DNA of 63,985 nucleotides, the filler included, from Porpidia crustulata (Eukaryota): NCBI GenBank assembly GCA_964255105.1. It is 5 parts of 5 records of this genome, joined end to end, with 100 filler letters (N's around TTAATTAATTAA, not from the genome) between each part and the next. Parts side by side here need not be neighbours in the genome. Positions count along the whole stretch, not along the records: positions 38,746 to 51,527 come from CAXUWE010000484.1; positions 51,628 to 63,985 come from CAXUWE010000543.1; 3 more parts are not named here. One strand, 5' to 3'. Within the stretch, counting starts at the first letter, position 1; each line of letters opens with the position of its first letter. The notes beneath the pieces were generated by a model. That model saw nothing but the letters and a program-made list of their open reading frames with translations. It did no database searches and was not told the DNA's origin. Positions 47,501-59,795 of the stretch are shown piece by piece. Both the position numbers and the translations under genes were made by a program.

Positions 47501-48016
47501 TGTGGAATAATCCCCATCTACTTGTCCTCGACGAACCAACCAATTACCTGGATCGTGACTCGTTAGGCGGGCTGGCAGTGGCCATTCGGGACTACAAGGG
47601 CGGTGTGGTGATGATTTCTCACAACGAAGAATTTGTCGGGGCACTCTGCCCTGAGCAATGGCATGTGGCCGACGGTCGAGTCACGCACAAAGGCCATCTA
47701 GCCGTTGCTATGGATCGATTCGAGGATAGCCGACCGGGTAGCAGCGCGGCAAGCAGTAACGTGTCAAGCGCGTCGGCGTCGGCGGTAAATTCTGGGGCTG
47801 AGGATACGGGGGATTTGAAGTTCAAGTCGAAGAAGAAGAAGAAGATGACGAGAGCCCAAGTGAAGGATCGGGAGGTCAGGCGGCGATTGAGGCATATTGA
47901 GTGGTAAGTTCATGTTTGACGTTATGATTCCGGCTGTGGTTACTAACCCGGATTACAGGCTCAATAGTCCCAAAGGAACTCCCCATCCTCCGGACACGGA
48001 TGATGACGATGCCTAG
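44559..48016 (+). CDS. NEW1: eEF3-like ABC-F ATPase New1/Elf1 (HEAT repeats, two ABC domains, chromodomain insertion), 3 exons
   Basis: Walker A motifs 'GRNGAGKST' and 'GANGAGKST', signatures 'LSGGWKMK' and 'LSGGQKVK', 'LDEPTN' twice, chromo insert 'QYEVKWVG', basic C-terminal tail ending in the last exon 47959-48016. Confidence 0.92.
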
Positions 48017-48664
48017 AGTAAGCAGTGGAAAAGTATTGTGGGATTGGTTTGGTTTCTAGGCCGGCGTTCACATAGAAGGGATTTCTAGGGCTTCCACGGA
48101 CAGACACCTTGGCATCCATGATGGATGCCGGCACGATAGAGGCGTTTTGTACACTGACTTCACGCGGTGCGTTGATCTTAGACGGTTGCCGCAAGACTCT
48201 GAAAGATTAAGACATAGCCGCGATAATGTTGTTTTCCCATTCCTAGCTATCGGTCACATCCCACAAGCCAATAGCCACCAGCTTGTCGTGTCCAGACCGG
48301 CGCAGATCAGCACATGGGGGGTGAATGACTGGAAAGTTGAAGCGAGCGGGTAGCGCTGGGCTTGGACCATGAGGCTGACATGGTTGGAAAGAGGTGCGTG
48401 AGAGGCGTGAGGGGTTACTTGTGTCCCGTCGCAATACTGGGATAATCTAAGCCCATGAATAATAATCATGAAGCCCGCATTGCTGCCATTGGAACAACAT
48501 CATACACAAGGACTTTTGGTTGACGCGATTTGACGCATTGAGTACGTAGTAGGCTGTTCAAGAGGAGACAGCCTATCAGGAAGCGTGTGAATAATCGTCT
48601 AACCTGGAACAGCCTAGCTTGGCTTACTGCTCATTTAGGTCGCATGGAAGGAGAAGGGGAAGGA

Positions 48665-48735
48665 GCCAATCACGATAGCCAGCGTAACCTTATCGCGCTT
48701 CAATGGCCAATCAGAGACGATGAGCCTGCCTTATC
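48665..48735. promoter_or_regulatory. Duplicated CCAAT + GATA module upstream of the permease
   Basis: gCCAATca at 48665 and 48706, each followed by CCTTATC (GATAAGG on the minus strand) exactly 22 nt after the CCAAT start (48688, 48729). Confidence 0.55.
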
Positions 48736-49417
48736 ACGTACGTAGTACACGCCTCCGCCGCACTGACAACCTACGTCATTCATTCGCAATGTCCTCTCGC
48801 TCTCGGCGGGCTGACCAACAAGGATCAAGGATAGGCAAGATAACTACACACTAATACTTGAACGGTACACTTACACCTCGTGGTCTAGACCCGGAAGTAC
48901 GACGTGCATTCACCGCCATACATCGATGTATGCCGTCGCTGTCATGATCGTCCAACTAAATTGGCGTGCCTTGATGCCCCGATAGAGCCATTAACTCCCC
49001 TGTGCATAACCGCCTATCACGGTAGACTTCCTCCCACCTTGAGCAGTCATAAGGCATCTCACTGTCATTCAAATCATGGTGTTGTGCATGGAAATCGGAC
49101 TTCCATGTCCTTTGTACGTATTCAGTACTACAAGTCCCCCTCTGTTGATAAGCTCGAAGTAGAAGATAAGAAGCACCGATTGCCCGTGCGTTAATTATCG
49201 TCAATTAGCTACTCCATCCCATCGTGCTCCAAACCTGCAGCTTCAAGTCTGTTTGCATTTCGTTTGTATGTCTCTTTAATTCTCTCACCAGAATCTTGCG
49301 TCACTGTGATATTCACCAGAAGCGGCTCCGGCCTCATGTGATCTACTTCATCCGTGGAAGGAACCTTCGCCCTCCCCTCACCCAACATTTTCGCCCTTCA
49401 GTTGCGCAACGGCCATC

Positions 49418-51527
49418 ATGACGAACGAAAAGCAAGACTTTGAAATCGGTCGCGCGCCGTCGATGGATAACATGGCCGATCTCAAATCCCTGGATTCGGA
49501 TGCCCTCAAGCTTGCCGAAATGGGCTATACCCAGGATATGAAAAGGAATTACTCGGTTCTCTCCGTCTTGGGGGTCGGCTTCTCGCTCACGAATTCGTGG
49601 TTTGGTATCTCTGCAGCTTTGATCACTGGCATCAATTCCGGAGGTCCGATTTGTATCGTTTATGGCATCATCCTCATTGCCTTGATATCCACCTGTGTTG
49701 GCATCTCACTGTCCGAACTAGCCAGCGCTTACCCCAATGCTGGCGGCCAGTACTTCTGGGCAAACGAATTGGCTCCGAGAAGATACGCCAACTTTGCGTC
49801 CTACCTCACCGGCTGGTTCGCCTGGGCGGGGAGTATCTTCACGTCGGCCAGCGTTGCCTTGGCCGTTGGTGCTGCTGGAGTTGGTTGCTGGGCTTTGTCG
49901 CATCCAGATTTGTAAGTCTGCCGAGATTTGGAAGATTTCTGCTGACCGAACTAGCACCATCCATCCGTGGAACGTCTTTGTAGGCTATCAGGTTGTCAAT
50001 GCTTTTTCTTTCATCTTCAATTGCTACGGAAAGCTTCTTCCCTCCATCGGAGCTGCCACGCTGTATACTTCACTCATCTCCTTCTTTGTCATCCTGGTGG
50101 TTATCCCTGCCAAAGCCCCGACCCATCAACAGGCGAAATTTGTCTTTGCCAATTTTGTCAACAAAACCGGTTGGAGTCAGAATGGCATCGGTAGGGTCCT
50201 GCGTCGTTATGACGAAAGTCAAGCTGATGGTGTTTAGCCTTCATCGTAGGCTTGATTAATACCAATTGGGCATTCGCTTGCCTCGATTGCGCCACGCATC
50301 TTGCTGAAGAAGTTCATCGTCCGGAGAAGATGATTCCCATTGCCATCATGGGCACTGTAGCGATTGGATTCGTGACTGCCTGGTTTTACTCCATTTCCAT
50401 GTTCTTCAGCATGCAAGATCTTGACGGCCTCTTCGGTGACGTCACCGGTGTACCCATCCTCACTCTCTTCTATCAGGCCTTGGGCGTCAAAGCCGGTGCA
50501 ATTGCCTTGGAGAGTTTGATCATGGCGACCGGAATTGGATGCATGATCGCCAGTCATACGTGGCAGAGCCGATTGTGTTGGAGTTTTGCTAGGGATAAGG
50601 GTTTGCCGTTGTCGAAATTCCTCAGTCATGTGAATCCGGGGTTGGATGTGCCGCTAGGGGCACATTTCGTGAGTTGTGTGATTGTAGCGATCCTGGGGTG
50701 TTTGTACTTGGGGTCATATACCGCTTTTAATAGGTGAGTCTTTTCTGATACACCGTTGCACGTTTTTCGAGGACATGGATTAAAGTCTTGGTCGGCCTTT
50801 TACCTCGTTGAGACTGTACCGCTACAACATTCTGGATCGAATAAATGGACCATGGCCCCACGAGCTTTTCTGAATATCCAAGGTGGTGTGTAGACCCACC
50901 GAAGGTCAGACCCTTCAACATCTTACGTGGGAGAATTCAGCCTGCATTCCATATCTGGTGATCTAGAAGAGCATGGCAATTTCGGCAGTGGGCTTTTGGT
51001 AATATTTTGCCGCCTACATGGAGTATCTATGTGGATCCTTTCCTGAAGTTTGGGGTTTCTGTGCCACTCCTAGTGCCCGATGAACCTCCTATTTACGGCT
51101 CTACTTTACTGGAAAATAGCTCGCTCCTCTTCCACAGTCGCTTCAATTAATTGATTTCTTTTGTACAATCACTAATCAATCCCCCCCCTCCAGTATGGTC
51201 ACCGCCTGCATCGTCCTCCTCTACATCTCCTACGCCATCCCCGTCATCTGCCTCCTCATCCGCGGCCGCAACTCCATCCCCCACGGTCCCTTCTGGATGG
51301 GTACCCTAGGCTTCGTCGCAAACATCGTCCTACTCGCCTGGACCGCCTTTACGCTGATCATGTACTCCTTCCCACCAGCCATGCCCGTGAGACCTGGTAG
51401 TATGTCTTCCCCCCCCCTTTTCTCTTCATAATGTTTTAAGCATCCAAGACCAAAGACAACAGCAAGAATAACCAAGCTAACCACGCATCTCCCCGGACCC
51501 CTAGAAATGAACTATGTCTGCGCCGTA
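49418..51527 (+). CDS. APC-superfamily amino acid/choline permease (HNM1-like), multi-exon, truncated by the contig end
   Basis: Motifs 'LSELASAYPNAGGQYFW', 'LDCATHLAEEV', 'SRLCWSFARDKGLP', 'GPFWMG', 'MNYVCAV' and multiple TM helices. Confidence 0.92.
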
Positions 51528-51627
51528 NNNNNNNNNNNNNNNNNNNNNNNNNNNNNNNNNNNNNNNNNNNNTTAATTAATTAANNNNNNNNNNNNNNNNN
51601 NNNNNNNNNNNNNNNNNNNNNNNNNNN
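51528..51627. other. Artificial contig linker
   Basis: 44 N + TTAATTAATTAA + 44 N. Confidence 0.99.
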
Positions 51628-51992
51628 GATGCAGAGGTTGAGTGCAACGTTTTGATCAGGGCGGCGGGGGACAGTGATTTTCTTGGGCCGTGGCATTGGT
51701 GTGGCTGGCTTCGGAGGGGGAGTTTCTTGTGAAGCTGAATGGTGGTGATGAGCTCATATGAAGCATTTCTTCTAGCTGCAATGGTGCGTGTGCGGTTGGC
51801 TTTCTCTTCTTTCTATATGATACAATGTTTTTCTCTATTGGCTATTAACGTACACAACTATACCTATAATGGATGATCCTTGTGATCCGACGAGTCCATC
51901 TGGGACGATATATACTTGAAAGTACACATTCCTCTTAGGGTGAGAGGTCATGAATTTCAAAGGATCAAATACATTCATGTACAGCCCTTTCT

Positions 51993-54083
51993 TTACTCGT
52001 TATTTTCATAAGCCTCTAGTGTATCGTAATCGGATTCCCGTGTGACTTCTTGCAATCGTTGCTCACGCTGCCTGGGCCTGAAGCGTCCGCTCGATACCAA
52101 AGACGAACCGGATCTACGAGCAATCGCGTTTTGCTTCTGAATATACCCCAATCTGAGAAAGTGGACGCCCTCAAATCCTCGCTTGGGTGGATTACTGCCT
52201 AAAGGGTTTATGTTGGAGACGGTAGTAATCTCAACTTTCCCGGTTGCAATGTAGTACGACATGATTGGCCTAGGTCTGAAGTGCCAGAACTCGCGGACGA
52301 CATTTGGGAGTTCTTGTCGTTCCCATACAAGGATTCGATCCACTTCTCCAGCCCAACGGTTTCCACCCAATAAAAGTCTCAACCAGCGAGAGATCATGAG
52401 GAAATTTCGGTGCTCGATGAGAGCCCCCAGAGCTATATTTTGATGAGAGAACATGATACTAAGGGCACTGCTCATGTTGCGTTCTTCAAATGGCTCAGTG
52501 GAGGTCATGCCATGGAAATGTCTTAGTTCCTCGTAGCCTGCGGCGTGAGACCGATAAAGCGCAAGTCCCGCCCTCATTATGCGTAACATTTCATCTAGCA
52601 TTTGGCGATGCCATAAGTTGACACAGTAATAATTGTGCATACGCATATTGGGTCGTACATTGTAAGGCGGGGACACCATAGTATCCCACAACCTTTCAAT
52701 ACTTTTCAATGGTAATTGACCACTGGAAGCGCCGTCTTCTTTGCGCACCCCATATCGAGGCGTCGAAAGGACATAGGCCCACTCAAACAGTTCATCCCAT
52801 ACTCGAGGTCCTATGGTAATCGAGTACCTACGTGAGATGTAATCCACAACCCGTAACGCTGTTCCCAGCTCATTGTTTGATCCAAAAATATGGGCAACGG
52901 TATGCAATGTGTCACTCGTTGGGTATAATGGAGACTCACGGGCGAGGCTTGCAGGCTTCTTGGGATCCTGATCCTGTTGTACAACGCTATCCACGGCGAC
53001 ATCCCATACACGTTTCAAAACCGAGTTGACTCCTGTCATATCCCCTTCTCTGGATAATCCGATCATTAAGAGGCCGAACGTCTTTGCGTCGGCCATGATT
53101 CCTCGGTTGACCATGAAAGTAAACATTCTCTTGACTTCATCCTTCACGCCTGCAGGTCCTGTCCGGTAGCCCTGCAGCCTTTGTACATGCCCTGCCTCAT
53201 ACTTGCGAGCCCGTCGCAGCTCGAGGTTGTATGGGATCACCCTCAACTTGTGCCTCTCTTGTGGAAGGTAAGCACCTGACCAGCATCTCGCTTTGAAGTA
53301 AAGATTATAGCAATCCAAGTCTGGCTTGATGTCACGATTAACCATGTCGGTCCATATTACCAAGGCAACATCCCCGTCACCTGTGGAGGCCGCTAGTTGC
53401 AGCAAAAATCTCCATTCTTCAATTGCAGTTTTCCCACCTTCAACCAGACGCTTCTCTATGATCTGTCGTAGATTGATCATGTAGTACGCGAAAACATCGT
53501 GTAATTGAGAGACGCCAAGTGCTTCGACTTGGCTCGGATGCAAATCTCGATATATCTTCCTGGCACCCGCAACAAACTCCTCTGGATGAAGAATTTCTAA
53601 AATGTCAATAAAAGTGGTAGACGGCAACGATTTCAGATACCCTGGATGTTGTGAAGCATCAATAAGAGCACGTAGCAGCTCGTGAGGTAGTCTTTGATGC
53701 ACCGCGCTCCAGACTTCTCGTTGAGTTATTTCAGCAGACGCAGGGACAGCTGAGCCGTCATATGGGCTTCGGGCTGTATTAGAGAAGGCTGGCATTTGCT
53801 CATGTAACTCGCTGTCGCTGAGATCCGACTTAACGTAGGCCTTATTCGGGGCCGCCGGCTCTTCATCAATTCGATTGCCATTCGCCAAGGCATTGTGGAT
53901 TAACCGTCTTCCACTAGATTTCGGTATCGACGAACCATTCGTAGGTAACGGAGGATGGGTTCCAGTGGGGGTAGGTTGCCATTGGTCGTCAGATGTAGTT
54001 TCAGTATGGAAGTGGGTGTCAGCTGTGTAGCAGTAGCGGCTCTGGAACCTCAACGCCTTGCACCTATGGAACAAATGTCGCAT
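51993..54083 (-). CDS. AEP2: Mitochondrial ATPase expression protein (ATP13 domain, PPR-like)
   Basis: PPR-like units ('WTDMVNRDIKPDLDCYN', 'FGLLMIGLSREGD') and the ATP13-type segment 'SPLYPT..TLHTVAHIFGSNNELGTALRVVDYISRRYSI...WDELFEW'. Confidence 0.8.
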   Translation of the reverse strand: MRHLFHRCKALRFQSRYCYTADTHFHTETTSDDQWQPTPTGTHPPLPTNGSSIPKSSGRRLIHNALANGNRIDEEPAAPNKAYVKSDLSDSELHEQMPAFSNTARSPYDGSAVPASAEITQREVWSAVHQRLPHELLRALIDASQHPGYLKSLPSTTFIDILEILHPEEFVAGARKIYRDLHPSQVEALGVSQLHDVFAYYMINLRQIIEKRLVEGGKTAIEEWRFLLQLAASTGDGDVALVIWTDMVNRDIKPDLDCYNLYFKARCWSGAYLPQERHKLRVIPYNLELRRARKYEAGHVQRLQGYRTGPAGVKDEVKRMFTFMVNRGIMADAKTFGLLMIGLSREGDMTGVNSVLKRVWDVAVDSVVQQDQDPKKPASLARESPLYPTSDTLHTVAHIFGSNNELGTALRVVDYISRRYSITIGPRVWDELFEWAYVLSTPRYGVRKEDGASSGQLPLKSIERLWDTMVSPPYNVRPNMRMHNYYCVNLWHRQMLDEMLRIMRAGLALYRSHAAGYEELRHFHGMTSTEPFEERNMSSALSIMFSHQNIALGALIEHRNFLMISRWLRLLLGGNRWAGEVDRILVWERQELPNVVREFWHFRPRPIMSYYIATGKVEITTVSNINPLGSNPPKRGFEGVHFLRLGYIQKQNAIARRSGSSLVSSGRFRPRQREQRLQEVTRESDYDTLEAYENNE

Positions 54084-54427
54084 TAATCGTAATGTGCATC
54101 ATTTGGCCGCGCACTATACAGTGGAAGTTTTTGGACAGGAGAAAGTCGTTGGCGAAATTATGGACATCCGCCAAGCAATAGAAATGACTCACCCCTCAAC
54201 GGAATAACCAGGCTCAGACTAATGAAAATAACCCTAACCCTAGGCCTGCTGTTCCTTTGAGGGGTGTGTTCCGTGGAATACTAGTAAGCCCGTTAGTGAG
54301 TTACCGAGGAACTACCTAAGGTATCCAAGTCGCGTCACCAGGGAAGACAGTGCTAATTCAGTCTGAACGCGCTCCCCCGATAATATCCTTGGGAGTACCA
54401 GTAGTCTGTAGATAGGAATATTCTACC

Positions 54428-55182
54428 ATGACAACTGCAGCAGTTTTCGGCTGTACAGGAGCAGTGGGCTCTCAGATACTCGCTACACTCCTCGCCATAA
54501 AAACATTCTCATCGGTCAAGACTATCTCAAGGAGATTCCCAGATGCTCGGTCCCCCAAGCTTCAAGCCCTCGAGGAAGGCGACATCTCAAAATGGGCCGG
54601 CATGATCTCCTCCCTGTCTCCTAAGCCATCGGTTGTCTTCAACGCAGTCGGCACCACAAAAGCGACAGCTGGTGGAATCCAGAATCAATGGAAGATCGAC
54701 CATGACTCATGTATAGAGAACGCCAAGGCAGCCAAGGAGGCGGGGGTGAAGACGTACGTGTTCATCTCCAGTGGAGGGACCAGAGGTTTTCTTTCTAGCT
54801 ACGTGCCCTACTCGAAGATGAAGGTTGGCGTGGAGGATACTATCAAGGAGCTTGATTTTGAGCATGCTATTATCCTAAGGCCAAATATGATCATCGGAAG
54901 GGAGAAGCCAAAAAATGCGTTCTTGGAGAACATCTTCGCAAACCTCAACAAGCTAGGGCAGGGCATCCAGGACAAGATTGGTATGACCAACCTGATCAAC
55001 ACTTGAATATTTTGAGATCCTGGGTACTAAAGTCGTAACGTGCAGCTGTAGATCAAATCATCATTGGTAGAGCAGCTGTAGCAGCTGCTCGATTGGTCGA
55101 AGAGGGAAAAGCGCCGTCGAAATATTGGGTTGTGGAACAAGCCGACATCGTCAAGTTTGGCAGGGACGAGTGGAAGGAATAA
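54428..55182 (+). CDS. FMP52: Fmp52/TIP30-like NAD(P)-binding Rossmann protein, 2 exons
   Basis: Motifs 'GCTGAVG', 'GTTKATAGGIQNQWKIDHD', 'YSKMKVGVED', 'ILRPNMIIGRE'. The second exon '..VDQIIIGRAAV...DIVKFGRDEWKE*' ends at 55182. Confidence 0.85.
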
Positions 55183-57447
55183 CGCGCTGCTGGCGAGCCG
55201 GGTTTGTTGGCACGCATTGCTGTTATCACAAGTTTCGCTCGGGCCCTTTTGGTTTCAAGCAGGGCGTATTGCGCAAGCTACCGTATGGGAGTCTATTGAA
55301 CATAAAGTCCAGCCCGTTGGACACGTTCTACGTACGTATCTACAGTAGGATTCCCATATTAACAATCGGTGGCGTGAAAGAACAGAGACTGAGCTCCAGG
55401 TGGTGCTGCTTCATGGTTCTGGAGCAAACAATCCACGACCAACCAATAAAAGTGGCTGAAACTTCATCCTTTGGGCTCTATACGGCTTCCGGAGAAGGGT
55501 TGATCACGGGTGTCAAGACCGAGTCAGACAAGCCTCATCAGCACTTGTGTAGTGTTCCTCACCACGCGCCCTCTGCAGCCTGAAGCTTAGCAACGACTCT
55601 GCAACTCCATTTCTGGCTTTGCACTTCCGTGTCAAGCGTGTCGTCCTCTCTAATACTGCGCCACCCCTCATTTTGCCGTACAAGTTCTCCGTCTTCACCA
55701 CCGAGCAAAATCCAACGCTTCTTCAAAAATCACACCTCGGCCTCCCAACTGCGGATGTCCTACGGCGTATCTGTCGAAGCATATCCAGTGGAGTCTTCTC
55801 GATCCTTCTTCTCAATGCCTGCACCTCTGCAACACACTAAACCGGTAAGCATGTCGTGGAAGAACTCAACCTCGTCAATCTCTTTCTGATTGGTGATGAG
55901 GTTTTTCCTTAGCGTCGGAAAGGGTGGAATATCTATGTATGGATGATCTTTCACAGAGATTTCTTCGGCGCTCGGTCTCAAGTCCGGCTTTGGTGTCTTG
56001 AATATTCTTTGCACTGTGTAAATGATGTTTGCTTTTAGCCATGTGATCCGCCAAGTTCGGGCAAGACTAGAAGAACGGTGATAGAGGATTGTCGGCATAG
56101 ATATCCTCCTCGATAATGCCAACATACAATTCAAGATTGGAAAGTGCAGAAGTAATGCAGGCTGTTTCGATGCGAAGGTTGTTGGCATATGGATCTGCTG
56201 CAGTGGCACTCGGTCCAAAGCCGAGTATCCTGACCTCGCCATGGCTAAATGGGTCTGGACTTGGTGTCCGTGTCTGGAAGTGTGGGCTGGAGCAGTCGTA
56301 ATCGATGGTGGTCATTGAGTATGGGTCAAGGTCATCATTGTATTCATCACGAATGAGAAAGGGAGGGTTAATGTCTGTTCCAAAAATCCATATGCTTAGT
56401 GCTGACGGTGTGTCAACTGAATGCGGAATAACTTGTTGACATACTTCCGAAGCGCCGCAGATGAATTGGACATAGATATGTCCGAAGCATCATCAGCTGG
56501 AAGACTCTGCGCAATAATATAGCCTTGCATTGTGACCGACTTAGATGAAGCTTTGCCTGCAGCTGATGTTTTTTCAATAGCACGACTCTGAACAGCAGAT
56601 GCTGCAAGCGCTTCGAGATCATCCAGGCGCTCATAAAGCATTTGTCTTAGACGAATAATCAGTATTCTGTTTTTCCAGAGGTTCTTATGCCTATGCTCCG
56701 TGGATTGATGATACGCCGATGCCAGAGAATAATTGCACTCACGGTTCTTTTGTTTGCTCGAATGTTTTGTTGCGGTCTGCTACCTCTACTGCACTATCGA
56801 GACTTCGAAGTCACCTCACCATTACTCAATCCCAAATTTTGTCATCATTCACACAATCTTCACCCTTACCCTCATCATATGATAAACACGACGAGCCTCG
56901 AGATGCCGTTGTCACCACCAGCCTTCCATCTATCGTACACAGACTGAGGAGGTGGCCTTTTAATGCCGGGGCCCCACCCCATATATTGACAACATGTGCA
57001 TCATAGCCAAAGCTCAGGAGGCATGGTTCGTGATACACTCACGTCAACCCAGAAGTATTAGCTTAGATATGACCTTGAGCGGTATGTGGTCATAATTATA
57101 GTATTGCAGAGGCCTCGTCGATCAACATGTTGCTCAATCATGACTGTTGTGCTTTTTTGATTAAAGTATTTGTTTTCAACCCTTAATGGTCAAACCCCTT
57201 AACGGGTCAGTTAGCCTAGGGTTAGGGCAGCTTTCACTAGTTTGAGAGTATAGCCCAGCCCTACAAGACCAAGCTAGCCTATCGGGCTTTAGACCTAATG
57301 CGACTCTTGTTGCAGAGTATGACCGCGGTCCTACGAAGGTCAACACTCATTTTCAAATAGGTTCTGCTTTCACTTCACTTCATACATGTACTTAGAATCA
57401 GAATATCAATGATTCATCTGCACGATTGAAACCCTTGTATCTCCATC

Positions 57448-59795
57448 ATGAGCTCTACTCATGAACTTCACGACGGTCCTAATCGTTTTCAACCTCTAGA
57501 ATACCCTCAGACTCTTACTTCGCCCCTCTCATCCATAACTCTAGCATATGGAGTTTTGAGCTTGATTCTCGTCTACCAAACTCTCAAATATCTTAATGAT
57601 TCCTTTCTCCCAGCGTCCGAAATATTGTGGAATGTTCTGGTTCATATTACACCTTTGCGACTGGTCTCAGCTCTAGACTCTCGCGCAGGACCGAAATCAA
57701 CCGCTGGACAGAAGACTACTGCAACCATCTCAAGACCACAAAGGTATGCGTCTAAGAGCGAGGCTATGAGACATATCTTGGGTTTAGATGGTGTGGGAAT
57801 CCTTGAAACGGTCCAACGAACCAAAAGTCTCCCTGGTCTGGGAAGTCTATTTCATCGTAGACAAAGTAGTAGTCCTCCAGGCCTAGGAAACTGGGATAAC
57901 TCCTGTTACCAGAATAGCGTGATCCAAGGTTTAGCTTCACTGTCGTCCGTACTTGATTTCTTAAGGCGTATTGATGGGGAAGAAAATCCTTGCTCGACAA
58001 GGACAGCCCTAAAGGACATTATTTCCGAGCTCAAAGAACCAAAAAATACAGGGAAGCTTATGTGGACACCCCCCGGGCTTAAGAGCATGAGTAGCTGGCA
58101 ACAACAAGATGCTCAGGAGTACTTCTCGAAGGTTGTGGACGAGGTCGATAGAGAGATTCTAAACTTAAAAGATGGCAAGGCTAAATATGCTGGGCTGGAG
58201 ATGGTGGCAGAGCTACAAGTCCCAAAAATGACTTCTAACAACACGAGCGGAGAAACAAGGACTCGCGATAGAATATTGACAGGCAAAGTATCTGGCGTTG
58301 ACCAACTTCCAGAAGAGCTAGGTTCGATGATCGTAAGAAGCCCTTTAGAAGGCCTTCTAGCACAGCGTGTTGGCTGCCTAACCTGTGGATATGTCGAAGG
58401 ATTATCTCTTATTCCTTTCAATTGCCTCACAGTACCACTAGGCAAGCAATGGATGTACGATGTTCGAACCTGTCTTGACGAATATACCAAATTAGAACCA
58501 ATCAATGGAGTTGAGTGTACAAAATGCACGCTTCTGCACTACAAAAACCAGCTGGAGCGACTGCGTGCTCGATCCTACAAGCAAGACACTGGCGATACTT
58601 GTCCACTCATCCCTCCTTTGTCCGAGGCTCTGCTAAGCTCGGCTGGGATTCGGCTTTCTGCGATTAACTCCATTTTAGATGACGGAGACTTTTCGGAGAC
58701 CGCGCTGATGAAGACATGCCAGATTCCTGCCCGAAGTCGAATTTCGACGACCAAATCGAGGCAGGCAGTCGTTGCCCGGGCACCACAGTCCTTGGTCATC
58801 CACGTCAACCGAAGCGTCTTCAATGATTTGACCGGCGTCCAAAGCAAGAATCTCGCAAATGTTAGGTTTCCCCTGCATTTTGATCTCGCAACTTGGTGTT
58901 TGGGTAATCTATCATCAAAGAGCGACGCATCACAGGGGGAAATCTGGAACGTCGATCCGTCGACTTCAATGCTACCAATAGAAATTGATGCAGAGGAATT
59001 CAGACCCCAGGAAATATACGAGCTTCGTGCCGTTATCACCCACTATGGACGTCATGAGAACGGCCATTATATCTGCTACAGAAGGCATCCAAGCATCTCC
59101 CAAGCAGGAGATAAACCAGTTGCTTCTTGGTGGCGATTCAGTGATGAAGAAGTGACACAGGTCAGCGAAGAGAACGTTCTATCACAGGGCGGTGTTTTCA
59201 TGCTTTTCTACGAGAAGTCCAACTTTCAAGAGTCTAAAGAAGGCCAAAAAGGCGCTGCGGCCCACAGCATCTCAACGGCTGTGGATGACCCGGAGCGTGT
59301 GGAAATCGACCATCCCATAGAAGACAGTGCGATCGACGTTGGAGGGACTCAAAATTCTGTCCTGGTAGATGAATCCGCTTCAATAACAACTCTTACAGAA
59401 ACCCCAACCGAAGCAACGGCAAGCACGAATCTCAAACCAGCGCTAGATGATTTACCTCCGGCCCAAGCTTCAGCGATATTGAGCGAAAGTTCCACCACAA
59501 CGACTGTTCACAGTCCTGCCGACCTTTCCCTATTACCGTCCCCACCAACCCACCAATCTATATCTGCCCTAGCTCACTCATCAGAGCCACTTGAGTTATG
59601 CTCCTCTATAAATTCACCACAATCACCAAATCCGAGACCCGAGATCTACACTGCAAATCCCCTCTCGCCACTTTAGAGCTCGACCGCAAACTCTCTCCTC
59701 CACCAATGCGTACTGCAGGCCCCAGAGGCATGGGCAGGGCGAGTAAAGGTATAGGGGTAGGGATGGGAGGAGGCGGCATGGTACAAGCGAACTAA
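57448..59795 (+). CDS. Ubiquitin-specific protease (peptidase C19) with N-terminal membrane anchor; main ORF stops at 59676, likely true tail to 59795 in a shifted frame
   Basis: Cys box 'GLGNWDNSCYQNSVIQ', 'QQQDAQEY', His box 'HYGRHENGHY', 'WWRFSDE', 'FMLFYE'; hydrophobic 'LAYGVLSLILVY'. Confidence 0.92.

Noticed and set aside
54229..54243. Telomere-like taaccctaaccct (also tagggttaggg near 57217)
   Set aside because: Only about two units each, in promoter regions; too short to call interstitial telomere sequence.
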